Shown here one piece after another: positions 1 through 13,150 of a DNA stretch of 64,000 bases. Each line of letters opens with the position of its first letter. The first letter of the stretch is position 1. The notes beneath the pieces were generated by a model. It ran no database searches. It was not told where the DNA came from and was given only the letters and a program-made list of their open reading frames with translations. The stretch comes from the human T2T-CHM13v2.0 reference genome, Homo sapiens: assembly GCF_009914755.1 (NCBI RefSeq), contig NC_060933.1; one strand, given 5' to 3'. The translations under genes and the position numbers were made by a program.

Positions 1-450
1 GAAGTTATCCTAGATTCCTCTCTCCACCACAACTAGTCCATTTAGCAAGGCCCTGTTTATTTTACCTTCATTACTTTTGCCTTAGCCAGGTTCTCATCAA
101 TTCCCCAGGCCTCTAATCTAATCTTTCAGCTTCCAGTTGCATCATCTCACCCATTTTAGACACTACAGCCAAAGCAACTATACAATACCTAAATCTGGTG
201 ATCACCTCGCTGCAAAAATTCTTTTAATTGCCTCTCCCTCCCCCCTAGTTTCAAGATAATGGTCAAATGCTGTAGCTTAGCAGACAAGGCCTTCTATTAG
301 GTGGGTGAAAATGTAATCGTGGTTTTTGCCATTAAAAACCTTTTGCACCAACCTAATATGATTTAAACACTGTTGTTTACCCGTTTCCTTCTTCCATTTT
401 AATATTCAATTCTTTCAGTCCAAATAGACAACGTTCTTCAATGCCCAAGT
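1..450 (+). mobile_element. L2 LINE 3' fragment interrupted by MADE1
   Basis: L2-like motif cttagcagacaaggccttcta|tgattt joins across the MADE1. Confidence 0.5.
297..356. mobile_element. MADE1 (Hsmar1-derived MITE), internally deleted
   Basis: TTAGGTGGGTGAAAA...TTTTGCACCAACCTAA terminal inverted repeats; TA duplications at 295-296 and 357-358. Confidence 0.9.
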
Positions 451-489
451 TGCATAGCAGGCTTCGGACACTAGATCTAAATCCAGTCA

Positions 490-615
490 AGACCCAAACC
501 CTTCATTTTAAAGAAGACATCAAGTTACAGAAAGATTAAGTAATTTGCCCAAGGTCACACAGCTGGTTAGGAACACAGTGGAATTAGGACCCAGTGTCCA
601 GGCTGACTTTTCCAG
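490..615 (-). mobile_element. MIR SINE
   Basis: ttaagtaatttgcccaaggtcacacagctggt = reverse complement of the MIR core. Confidence 0.8.
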
Positions 616-1739
616 AATATAATTTCTTTATTCTATTTCTGACATTGCTTAAAGTGAGCAAACTCATATGATTTCTCAATATAAAAATTTGAAAGTCTTA
701 AAAATGATACTAATCATTTGGTCTTCATTAACACACTGACTTAAATATCTTTCCAAAATCTGTCACAAATACAGTGTCCCCTTCTCCCAATGCAACCCAT
801 TTTTCAGAAGCCTTCCCTTCAGTAAGTTCGCCAAGACTTCAATACACAGAAAGCTCTCTGCCCTAAAAATAATCTTCGAATTCAACATGTTACCAAAATA
901 AAATCTTCCAAATAAAACAATGGCAAAGATAGACCTGATAATGAATATGAAATATGCTAAGAACATTCTGTCACTGAAATAAACTTGACTTTTTTTGTGA
1001 TTAATAGTAAGATGCAATCTTGAAACACATAAGAATAAAGCAAACGACAACAGAAGAGAAATGATGTAGAAAGGGTCCCATTTGAAATTTACCCATTTGA
1101 AAACAGGCTCTGTCTTTTGGCTATCATCATTGTGTGCCTGTCCAGAAATTCATTTCCAAGTTTTATTTCCAAATGCAACCCCAAATTCAAAATGTGAGTG
1201 TGTTGGCATGTTCAAAAATTGCTCTGAGATGGACAAAACAACAAATGAGATGCTTTCAGGAGGAATAATAAGTACATTCCAACACTCATTGGGTTTAATT
1301 CATACTTCAGATATCGGCCTTCCCCTTCTAATTCTTTTGTATCCTGTTTCTATTAGGAAATGGAAAATAAGGAAATAGGATTATGAAGCCATTTCTAAAT
1401 ATTAACGTGATACCAAAGGAAGTTAGCAAAGATACACACATTTTCAAGGAAAAGGATAGAAAGGGAAATTGGCTTGAGTCCAGTCTGTCAGAAATGGTGA
1501 CTGATCAGAGTTTAGCTAAATCTAATCAAGCCATCAGGACCTACACTGCATTTACTGACAGGTAGGGGCACTGAGAGAGGGCAGGTCATATTAGAACAAT
1601 GCTTGGAAGAGGAATAAGCACTACCTGTTGAATAGGAGAATTGGCTTTGTTACCTTAAGATTTCAATAATCTACTGGATTCCTAGAGAATCCATTCATCA
1701 AATTAACATAGTGGTGGTAGTATGGAGGGAGGTGGAACA

Positions 1740-1790
1740 AGAGAGAGAAGGGGGAGGAAGGGAGGGAGGAGAAAGAAAGGAAAGGACATA
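1740..1790 (+). repeat. GA-rich low-complexity purine tract
   Basis: gagagagaagggggaggaagggagggaggagaaagaaaggaaagg. Confidence 0.8.
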
Positions 1791-4109
1791 AGAAATACTG
1801 TTATTAAATATTTCATTTCTAGATTAAGCCAGGAAGAGCATTTACCAAAACATGCAAATTATTATTCATGAACTTACATTTTACTCAAAAGATAAAATGG
1901 CAAGAATACATAGAAACTAGCAAAGCAAACACAGGAATCCATAGGAGAAACATACAACAATCCATAGGAAAAAAATACATAGCATTCACAGCCAGAGAGT
2001 GGACAATACAATTGCTCATATACCAAAGCAGCTTTGCTTTCTTTCTAAGTATTGCTGAAAGAACTTGGTATGACTTTATTTTTTTAAGAGTTTGAAATGT
2101 GCTCAATATCTGAAGTCTCAGAAGATAGCTATGATCTTTCAAAAATACAGATGTCATTTGGGAAAAAAGTTCTCCAGTAAGGTTCCATCCTGTCTTTTAG
2201 ATATTGAAAAAATGGGAAGGACACACAGTAATGCACTTTATTCAATAAATTATTACAAAGCATCACTTTAATAAAGGATGGTAAGATTGAGCTGTATGCC
2301 AATGAAAGTATGGCTGTAGCATTAACAATGTCTCCTGAAAGTATGGACAGCACTTTCAGTTAAAAAAGATGACAGAACTCACTCTCCTAAAAAGACAGAG
2401 CTTCTTCTAAAAGAAGTACCTCAGGTAGGTACTTCTCTGCTGGTTTTGTGACTAGTAAATGAATAACATTCTCCATTTAAAAAAAAACTAGCATATTAAT
2501 TAATCATATATGGAGAGTGATAGTCACCTATCTGTCAAGAAGAGTTAAAAAGCATTATTTTGGGTTAAAGCTGATACATGACTTTAACTGAAAAAATGTT
2601 TCTCATTGCACTTCGAATTACTGGAGTTGAATTCTTTCAGGGAGACTTAGATATGCCCATTCTTTGCCCCTGACTCTTGATTCACTAGTGATTCTGGAGA
2701 AAATGTACACCAATTTGTTAATTCTCTGGCCTCATTCTTTTTCTTGCCCTATCACACATGTTGTTACAACACAGCAAAAACACACATATCCAAGGAAAAG
2801 TCTCTTCTACTACCCATACCCAAACCTGCCTTTCCTCCTAAATAGTCCCTAGGGAAGCAAGCCATCGCCATGACAACCATATGATGGGAGTTTGAACAGC
2901 ACTTGGGGCAGCCTTTGTTGAAAGTTAATACCAGTTGGTGTTTAACAAGAAAAGGAAAACTCAGGCAAGGGGTAATACTCTGTTGTGAGGCACCACTTAG
3001 CTGTATGGAACTAACTGTCCCCATCAAATCTTACCTAACCAGAACACATCCTCAGAACAAAATTCTCCAAGTGTAACGTATTCAGGGCTAATTCATTAAT
3101 TCTCCATTGTAGCCCACTGGACTCAATGCTCTGTGGTCACTAAATCAAAAGAGCATACATACTCAGGAAAAGAGAATTAAGAACTTTGCCTTTTTTAACT
3201 TCGAATGGATATAGAACATCAGAGATATTTATTTTTCCCTATTAAGTATTACCACCTTCTATTTACTGGGCAAAAATGCTTGTTTCCTGCACCTTTAAAT
3301 CTAATTTGTGTTTTCCCCCCTACAAGAAAGATCATGAAGGTGGATTAGTACAGAGTTGTATGGACTTTTTCAGTATCTTTAATGCATTTGCTTCTGGAAA
3401 GAGAAGCGCTGCAGACACACGGTGGCAATTCCTGCTCAGGTGTAGTGCCATTCTTTTGTGTGACTCACAGCTAGAGAGAGAGCTGACATTCAATATATGT
3501 TTAACAATACTTTCCCACTACTGATTCCACTCAGGAGACTCACATTTTTATGCCTTTTCTAAAAACAAGGACACAAAAAAAGTCACTGTCTGAGGAGGCT
3601 CATTCTTTGTTCATCTTCACCTGACTGGCCACCTAACTACACAAAGCTTTTAAACTAATGAGGAGAATCCTTTGTTCTCTCTGGTTCCATTTAAAGGGAA
3701 AGTGGGTCGAAGGGCTTCCCCAGGGAGAGAGAAAGAAAAGCCCAGGAGCCAAACACAAGGGAGTAAGAGATTTCACTCCCACTACTCTTCCCACCCTCCC
3801 AAAGAAGTTAATTAATTCTGTTTTAGGAATGGTTAAAAGGGGTGGGGGAGCACCAGGTAGCCCATTCTCTGAGACCAAAATCTCCTTCTCGAGTGTGGTT
3901 CGCACCAGCCTCTTGTCTCTGACACCACGGGGTGTGGGTGGGGGGCGTGGGGGGAGGGCAGGAGTACTGAGAACCTCTCTCCAGCCACGGACCACAGAGC
4001 CAGTACTGCATGCATTTAGGCTCCCCCAAAGGTGCGTCCCAGCCCAAGTCCCCAAGTTGGGTATTTAAATCTAAAAAGCACAATTAGCGCCATTCAAAGC
4101 TGCAAGTTA

Positions 4110-4539
<430 letters not shown>

Positions 4540-4560
<21 letters not shown>

Positions 4561-4960
4561 CGCGCTCCCTCTCCCGCTCTCCTCCCAGTAAACGCAGGTC
4601 AGGCGTTGGGGGGGAACCGGGGCCATTGCTTTGCTAGCTTGGTTTGGGGGGGAGCCAGGAGGATTGCAAAAGGGAACAAAAATGAAGCCAGAACGGGAAA
4701 CTTGCACTTTCTTGCACAAAGCATCTTTGAGGGACTGAGAACTGGTACGGGGGGAGGGGTGAGGACACAGGGAGAGAAGGGGTGCCTCCGAATGATGAGA
4801 TAAATGCTTCCCTTTTGATTTATGTGACATAATAAAGTGAGGCTATCATCAAATACATCTATAGTAAAAGAGATCTGTGTCGTGTTCTGAGGTTTTTATT
4901 AACCGTGATTGACAGTCTTCATCCTGATAATCGGTTGCATAGATGACAGACACTGAGACA
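4540..4960 (-). promoter_or_regulatory. Proximal promoter of the TRPM3 alternative first exon (TATA-less, GC-rich, modest CpG content)
   Basis: Local GC/CpG rise (TGCGCGCTCCCTCTCCCGCTCTCC), G-runs, TGATTGACAG at 4906-4915, no transposon sequence, directly upstream of the first exon. Confidence 0.7.
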
Positions 4961-5879
4961 GAAGCAAACTCAAACACACTGGGTTGTTCCTTTCATACAA
5001 AGCAGTTTAAACTCATGGGCATTTGGCTCACCTTTTAGAGATGGCAGTTTTTAAATGGGGGTTATCTCCTGGAAAGCCACTTGATACCGCTTCTCTGCAA
5101 CACAAGTTTAACCCATAAAGTGCCACATGGGATGCTGTCTATAAAGAATGGATTTTCCTCAAGTGGGGTGTCCACCCCCATCATTTTCTAAGGAGGCTGT
5201 ATGAAATAGTTGCTGAGTTGGAATGTATAGTCTTTAGGACTCCTGTGGTGAGAGAGAGAATTAAAGGACAGTTTTTCAATTTGAAGGTAGAAATTGGATA
5301 ATTTCACATAGTAAGTTGGGACGGTGAGATGAGAAGGGAGTTCCTGACACAACCCCCCTTCGGCTCCCATGTACCCCCAGGCATCGGACCTCAGTGGGAG
5401 CAGTTGACCTGACAACTCCTATGGGGAGAATCCCCACATCCTTGGAGCATCGCCATCTTATTTATTTTTTCCTCTGTGACCATGCTGATTTTCCATTTCT
5501 AATTAACTTGAAGAGATTGGTAAATCCCAGCTCCATGACTATTATGCAGTCAGAGCTGAACTGGGAGTGGTGCAAGCAGATGTGATACACTGCTGTAATT
5601 CAGAACCGGGACAACACAGGCCCACCCCAGCATGAAATCAATACCTGACACACTGCGCTACAACACCATTTCACTCACAATGGTCTTGTGTCAAAAATTT
5701 AAGAAAGATATTGCAGAAAACTAGACAACGGGTGGAAGGCAGACCATTGACCTACCTCGTATAGTAAAATTTATGTCTCTGATTATCTACCAAACAATAT
5801 CACTTTAATAGATCTCATACACAGCTGATTCATTTTCTGTTACTATTCTATTTCCACAAAGGATTGAAGGCAGTATTAA

Positions 5880-6080
5880 AATAATAACAGCTCACATGTA
5901 TCACCTAGCACAATGCATTGCATAGGTTTATGCCCATGTCAACCTTATGGAGTAGGTGTTATGGTCATTTTCTTATCTCACAGATTAAGCAAGTGAGGTC
6001 CAGAGAAATTAGTAACAAGTCTAACATACTAGTATAACTGGAATCTGGATTGAAACCAGTCTACTAGGCTGTAAAGACAA
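5880..6080 (-). mobile_element. MIR SINE
   Basis: caaccttatggagtaggt...cacagattaagcaagtgaggtccagagaaattagtaac resembles reverse MIR. Confidence 0.65.
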
Positions 6081-6234
6081 GCTTTCTCTTGTCTCCTATT
6101 TCTTTCAAAAGGGACTTCAGGAATAAAACCACTGCCTCTGTTTTTTGGTAATTTAATCTTACATAAGAGTTAAAGACTTTAAAGAAGAAACGCTCAGCAT
6201 TTCTTTCAGATTATTACTTTGGTCTGATGTTGAT

Positions 6235-6450
6235 GTATTAGTTAACAGCATGAATTCTGGAATCAAGCTGCATGGTTCAAATTCCAATTTTGAAGCTAGT
6301 CTTGGGAGATTTACGTACCTTCTTTGTGTCTTGGAGTCCTTATCCGTACAATGGAGATTAAAATAAACCCTTATGCCTATGGTTGTTGTGAGGACTAAAT
6401 AAGCTAATATTGGCAAAGCACTTAGAACAGTGCCTGGCATATACTAAATA
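6235..6450 (+). mobile_element. MIR SINE
   Basis: ggttgttgtgaggactaaataagctaata...aaagcacttagaacagtgcctggcata = MIR 3' half. Confidence 0.85.
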
Positions 6451-8129
6451 CCTGTACCATGATCCATCTTCTGGGTAGCATGTGCTGATTCTGAGCTGGA
6501 AGCCCACTGACAATTTTCATTAAGCATGCATACATATGGTAGTAGGTAATGAAGTCAAGCAAGACAAATTAAAACTGAATGCTTCTTGTGAGTTACTATG
6601 AGTTTAATAAATGGGGTAAAGAGGAAGGTGGGAGACTGCAAGGGCAGCGTGGTTTTCCTCATGCAGTGTGGTATTCATCCAGTTGCGAGATGCTGCCTTT
6701 AGTGGGGAAGGCTCCAGCCTTTCTAAGCTTTTAAATGAACGCCCTTAAGTGGTTCTGTTGAGGTGGTGAGATCTCTGCTCCATGAAAATGCTGAAAAACT
6801 GCAATTGCCTACCCCCTGCCCTGCAGTATTTCAAAATGCTAAGGACCCCACAAAAATGACAGCATCATTCTGAAAACACATGGCCTTTGATCCTATCCCC
6901 TTTAATTTTACTGAATAACTTTGGTCAAAGAGAACTGTTAGAAACTATGCAGAGTGAGGAAGTAGGAGGATTCACAGCCCTCTCTAATGGCAATTAGAGG
7001 AGAAAAGCACAAAACCTTCAGGGAATTGATTTGGAGATTACACTGCAAAAGAGGTAAAAGATCAAAGAAGGATGACAGTGCATGAGAGGCAGTTTTTCTT
7101 CCATCACTGGGGACGCTTTGTGCCAGAATTGTTTGCTATCAAAACATCTAAAGAAGGGTTTTCAAGACCCTTCTCTCTACTTTCAAGAAATTATATTTTC
7201 ACATAGAAGATGCCTTCCCCAGTTTTAGAGAGAGGTCTAATGAGAAAAAAAAAAAAAAGCAGAGAGGAGCAAGCCCAGCCCCAGATATTAGCATCTCACA
7301 AATTCAAAGTGCTTACTTATAAATCTTATGAATGTAGATGTCTACATATCTGCAGAACAAATTCTAGCAGGCTTAAAACTCTGAAATAATCATACTAGCT
7401 TTCAGTATCCTAAAAAATAGCAAGCAGGGCATATCAGATTTCTGTATTCCAAAGCCTGCCTTTGAGCCAACTCTAATTCTCTCCCGTGCTACAGAAAAGC
7501 CCACTTTCCACTGATTATCTTCCCTTTTTATTTTCTGTGTAAATGATACGAAACCAAAGAATCATGATGAAATTTGAGCTCATTCTCAATACTGACAAGG
7601 CGGCCATTGTATAGCCCTTCTGAATTCTTTCTTTTGAAGACCACGTTCCTTCTCTTCAAAAGTCATAGCACCCTCAATATAGTATTGTACCACTTTGCAC
7701 CCTGTCTTCTTTATATCTTTTGGATGTAAAAGGAGCTGACCCATGAAAACCTAAGAAAACAAAAAGGAAATGACACAGTGACCAGGTAGTACAGAGAACT
7801 CAAAAGCCTCCCTCTGAAATGTGTTTTCTGCAAACAACACTAAAATAACAGTGTTGCAATGTAATTTTTCAGAGTTTATTATTACAACATTAAAATTCAT
7901 AGGTATCTGGACATCAATTGTACATATATTTTCAGGCTCTAATATATGGATGTAGTGCACCTAGTGCAGAAGGATGATATTTAAGCAACCAGGGGAAAAA
8001 CCAGGAACAAGCCCAGTGGTGAGCCTTTGTAGACACTTTCGTTTGCTTCAGTGTTTTGTAGTCTTAATATTAACGTCTTGCTTGCTTAATGATTGGCCTC
8101 TTTTATTAATTTTGTTGTGCTTTGAATTT

Positions 8130-9281
8130 TCTTTTTTAAATATTTTATTTTACTTTAAGTTCCAGTATACACGTGCAGGATGTGCAGGTTTGTTACACAG
8201 GTAAATGTGTGCCATGGTGGTTTTCTGCACTGTCAGCCCATCACCTAGGTATTAAGCCCCACATGCATTAGCTATTTATCCTAATGCTCTCCTCCTGCAA
8301 CAGGCCCCCGTATGTGTTGTTACCCTCCCTGTGTCCATGTGTTCTCATTGTTTAGCTCCCACTTATAAATGGGAACATAACGGTGTTTGGTTCTCTGTTC
8401 CTGTGTCAGTTCGCTGAGGATAATGGTTTCCAGCTCCATCCATGTCACTGCAAAGGACATAATCTCATTCTTTTTATGGCTGCATAGTATTCCATGGTGT
8501 ATATGTAGCACATTTTCTTTATCTAGTCCATCATTGATGTGCATTTGGGTTGATTCCATGTCTTTGCTATTGTGAGTAGTGCTGCAATGAACATAGGTGT
8601 ACATTATCTTTAAAATAGAATGATTTATATTTTGGGGGATACATACCACTAATGGGATTGTGGTAGATTAAATACTTAAATGTAAAACCCAAAACTATAA
8701 CAACCCTAGAAGATAATCTAGACAATACCATTTAGGACATAGGCACAGGCTAAGATTTCATGACGAACATGTCAAAAGCAATTGCAACAAAAGCAAAAAT
8801 TGACAAACGGGATCTAATTAAACTAAAGAGCTTTTGCACAGCAAAAGAAACTATCATCAGAGTGAACAGACAACCTACAGAATGGGAGAAAATTTTTGCA
8901 ATCTATCCATCTGACAGAGGTCTAATATCCAGAATCTACAAGGAACTTAAGCAAATTTATAAGAAAAAAGCAAACAACCCCATTAGAAAGGGGGCAAAGG
9001 ACATGAACGGACACTTCTCAAAGGAAGACATTTATGCAGCCAACAAACATATGGAAAAAAGCTCAACATCACTGAATAGTGATAAATAGAAAAATGCAGA
9101 TCAAAACCACAATGAGATACCATCTCACAACAGTCAGAATGACAATTATCAAAAAGTCAAGAAACAACAGATGCTGGCGAGGCTGTGGAGAAACAGGAAC
9201 GCTTTTACACTGTTGGTGGGAATGTAAATTAGTTCAATCATTGTGGAAGACAATGTGGCGCTTCCTCAAAGACCGAGAACC
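8130..9281 (-). mobile_element. L1PA (about L1PA8-11), 5'-truncated with 5' inversion: 8130-8660 on -, about 8662-9281 on +
   Basis: L1 3'UTR on - strand. ORFs 8760-9089 and 9079-9387 translate to the L1 ORF2p C-terminus ([40 protein letters not shown]) on + strand. Confidence 0.93.
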
Positions 9282-9714
9282 ACTATTTTTTTCAAAAAAT
9301 CATTTGTCTCATGAACTTTATGGCAATTTATCATTTTTGTCAAAAAACATACTTTCCTGGTTCTTCCTTTTAACTTTACTCCAATAGAGCTATAACATTT
9401 TTAGGCATTTTTTGATGCTTATACTGTATTTTCCAAAATATTAGATCTCTTTATAGATTCCATTTACCTACAGGACAATCCTTAATGTATTTCCAAATAT
9501 ATGTTTTCAAACAGATTAACTTTTTTCCTTTCTTAAGGTATATTTCCCCTTTTGCCATCTTTTGTAGATAATAGATTCTAAAATACACTAAAATTTATTA
9601 AAATACATGACTCACTTTGTTAAGTAGGTTAAGCAGCATTTATTCCATATAAAATAAAAATATCTCATAACTACAATTGTTATCTATTCATTTTCCCTCC
9701 ATTATTGGGACAGC

Positions 9715-9885
9715 ATCTCTGACTGCTGTCCACCCTCTGCACAAATGCCTGTGGTGACAGAGAGTGGGTGAGTTTTTGAGACAGCCCATTCCATGATTGT
9801 ACAGTTCTGGTTGACAGAAAATTCTACCTAAGACTGAGGTGAAATGTCCTTCCCTCTAACTTCCAAGTCAAGTTTTTCTCCCAGA
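9715..9885 (-). mobile_element. L3/CR1 LINE fragment
   Basis: acagcccattccatgattgtacagttctggttgacagaaaattctacct resembles the reverse L3 3' region. Confidence 0.6.
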
Positions 9886-10230
9886 GCATAGTTTTCCAAA
9901 TGTATAAGGATACTTAACAAGCTCCACTCACACTTCCTCTTCTTTACATGGGGGATCTTGGGCCATTAATCATTCTTCACGTGATGGCATAGAGTTTTTA
10001 GGAAAAAAAAAAAACAAAAACTCTCTTTAGGATTATATTCAATATTATGTTATAGGGGTACTTTAAATATAGTAGTCTCTTAATCCTCTGGAATCTCTTG
10101 AATTACTTCTCATAAAGGTCCTTTAGGAAGCTTTGAGGGGAAACTCACTAATAATTTAGCTTCTTTTTAAACATTGTTTCCTAAATTAATTAGAATACTC
10201 AACATAGATTTTAAGTAATAGCTGACCAAA

Positions 10231-10254
10231 ACACACACACACACACACACACAC
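10231..10254 (+). repeat. (AC)n microsatellite
   Basis: About 12 AC units. Confidence 0.95.
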
Positions 10255-10429
10255 CCCTGAACTGATGTGAGTAATTTACTCTTTTTCACCCTGACTTCTA
10301 ACAGAGGTGGTGGCGGGTAGTGACGGGCTAATGGAAAGCTCATGCTTGTTTCAAGAAATGAGGAGGGACTGGACTGTCTGTGTTTCATCTTCCCTATCTT
10401 TATCTGTAACTTTGGAAGTCAGGCAGACT

Positions 10430-10630
10430 CTATCCAAACCTAAGTGCCTCCTCTTACCCACTATGTGGCCTGGGGGCAGTGATACAACTTCTCAGAGGCT
10501 TAGTTTCCACATTGTAAGAATGGGGTCTACAATAGTTTCCACCTCCAGGTTTTTGTGAAGGTTAAAGCAATTAGCACAGTGCTAACATAGAGAAAAACAT
10601 ATTTAAATTCAATTACTTTTATTGTTGTTA
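10430..10630 (+). mobile_element. MIR SINE
   Basis: ctcagaggcttagtttccacattgtaagaatgggg. Confidence 0.65.
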
Positions 10631-10664
10631 GTAATAGTGTTGTTATCTTGTTCACGGATACCAC

Positions 10665-10930
10665 TGGCAGTGTATGTAGCATAGTCCATAAGCGCACAGG
10701 CCATAGACCAAATGGCCTGAAGGTAAACCCAAGCTTTACCATTTACATGTCACTTTGGGGAAGTTATTTAATCTTATCATGCTTTAGTGCCTTCATCTGC
10801 AAACTGGGGATAATAATATTACCTTTGTCAAAGGGATAATGTGAAATTAATAAGCCAATATGGGCAGAAACCTTAGAAGAAGTTCCCACACATGGTAAGA
10901 GCTAGAAAAATATTAGCAACTTATTACTAC
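10665..10930 (+). mobile_element. MIR SINE
   Basis: ctttggggaagttatttaatct...cttcatctgcaaactggggataataatattacct. Confidence 0.75.
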
Positions 10931-12239
10931 CAATATTGGAGTCATATGTGCCACCCTTCCCACAGCTAGTGATCTAGGAAAAGCAAAGCAAAACAAAACA
11001 CCTTCATCTCCTCCTTTGTTTCTTCCAGTAAGAGAAGAAGCTACAGAGAACACATGAGAACAGACCCACCTCTGACTCTCCTTACTGCTTTCCTCTGCAG
11101 TCCCATGAGTCCTTACTTTTAAAATAGATAGTGGTTATGAGAGGGAATCATATATTCCAATAATGGGGTGTAAAACTTTAATATATAAAAGGTCTCACTT
11201 TGGAAAAGACAAAGGTATATAAGCAGCTTCCACCTTACCAAAAATAGAAATCCTACATATACACCTACCAAAAAATGTATAACAGATATTCAAAGGCCTA
11301 GAGCTAAAATACAACTTTATTCAGCCTTGAAACCCTAAAATTTCCATTCACAAAGGGGATGGGGTTTTAGTATAATTCAAAAATTCTAATGAGTTCCCGG
11401 AGGCTTGTTAAAAATATAAGAATTTGAGATGTGCATTTCTGATCACTTAATATTCACTCTTCTAATATTTGCAATGCTATTCATTATTGTAAATGTTCTC
11501 TTTCTAAACTAAGTTTAAATATCCGCAACACATACACACATGTAAGCACAAATACACACCCACACACAGAATGTAGGTATTTTAGATACATTTTCATTAT
11601 GAAAGCCATAAATTTGACCAACTTGATAAATAACTTACGAATTAATATATTTTAGGAGGAGACATTTAAGCAGTGAATCTCCAATTACTGCTTGAATAAC
11701 TTGCATGAATTGGAGGGAGCTCAGCATTCACTATTAACAGTGCAGCTGAAGTCAGATTTCTTGGCCAATGGATACCCAAATCAAACACAAGTTCAAGCTC
11801 AAACCTCACATATACCTTCTCAAGCACCTTCTGACTCACACCAATGAAAGCTGAGGGCCTGCCCAAGCTACACACCCTGCCTTGTGCATCTGGGCTTCTC
11901 ACACTAGTGGCCAGCCCTGGGTTGGACCATAAGGTCCGCTCACCTGGGAAACAGAGACATACTGTGATCTGGAAGATCCTCAAAGCAGTAACTCTGCTTG
12001 GTAGAGAATTTTAATAAAGAAAGCTAATGAAAACCGTACTTGCTATCTATTTTTGACAGCCTTCCAAAAAATGCAACATTGTTGATATTTATTCTGGTAT
12101 CATATTTTTGACAACCAGGAGCCTTTCATTTTATTTTTATTAACATTAATAGTAATGGGAGGGATTAAATGATTTTACTTTATGAGAGACAATGGTCCAG
12201 TTTTTGTTTTGTTTTTCTCCTGATGAGGCATAAAATAAA

Positions 12240-12355
12240 TGCAAACTACATGGATTTTGAAATCAGGGAGAAACAGATTTGAATCCACATTAAGTCACTG
12301 GGCAATTCATTTAACTTTTATGAGTCCTTATTTTTAAAATAGATAGTGGCTATGT
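12240..12355 (+). mobile_element. MIR fragment
   Basis: gatttgaatcc...cactgggcaattcatttaacttttatgagtcc. Confidence 0.5.
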
Positions 12356-12369
12356 GATAATATTAAAAT

Positions 12370-12610
12370 GATGATTAATAACTTTTTTCAAGCACTTACT
12401 ATGTGCTAAACAGTGTTAAGCACGTAGCTCATTTAGTTATCATAACAAACCTGTAAAGTCTACAGTATTGTTATCCCAGTATTACAGATGAGGAAATAGC
12501 CTCAGACTGGTTAAGAAACCTGCAGAAGGTCACGTGGGTGGTAAACGGACTTGAATTCAGGTCTATCTTATTCTATAACCCATGCTTTTACCCATTACAA
12601 TATGCTGCTG
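12370..12610 (-). mobile_element. MIR SINE
   Basis: agcacttactatgtgc...ttacagatgaggaaatagcctcagactggttaagaaacctgcagaaggtcac. Confidence 0.8.
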
Positions 12611-13049
12611 CCAATTAAATAAAAATATTTATATAGGGTTCCTGCGGCTTCCCAAAAAGAAGCTGGTATTTGCTCTGACAAATCTGAAAAAAGGAAAAAC
12701 AACCCAATGACCCTAACTTATCTAACCTAACACCAGAATCCTGCAAAGCACAGAAGAAGCAGTGGTTCTTCCAGAAGCTCTGGGTTTCTTTTATTTGCAC
12801 GGCTGACTTCCATATCCCTTTCCCTACCTTCTAGTTACATCTGGCTGGCCTCTCTGTTGAGATAAGGATTGTCTGTACTCATTTGGTATGCTCAATATAT
12901 AACACAATGCCTGAAACACAGTATTTATTAAATGGAAAAAGGGATGTTTCTAAATAACTTATATGATTTTTTGCAAATATGAGGTAAGTTTTTAAACATA
13001 TACAAACTCATGTAATTATCAGTATTATCCAACTTTGATTCCTACCTGC

Positions 13050-13150
13050 ATTTTCTAGTTGAGGAAACTAAAGCACAGAAAGATTAAATACTCACCCAAG
13101 TTTACACTGTAAGTTTCAGAGCTATGTTTTGAATTCAAAGATAAACTCTT
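13050..13150 (-). mobile_element. MIR fragment
   Basis: gaggaaactaaagcacagaaagattaaatactcacccaagtttacac. Confidence 0.7.

Noticed and set aside
3633-4083. Overlapping 60-140 aa ORFs on both strands
   Set aside because: By-product of locally high GC in the proximal intron; no homology recognised.
8760-9387. ORFs with convincing protein-like sequence
   Set aside because: Broken L1 ORF2p C-terminus from a truncated L1PA, not a gene.
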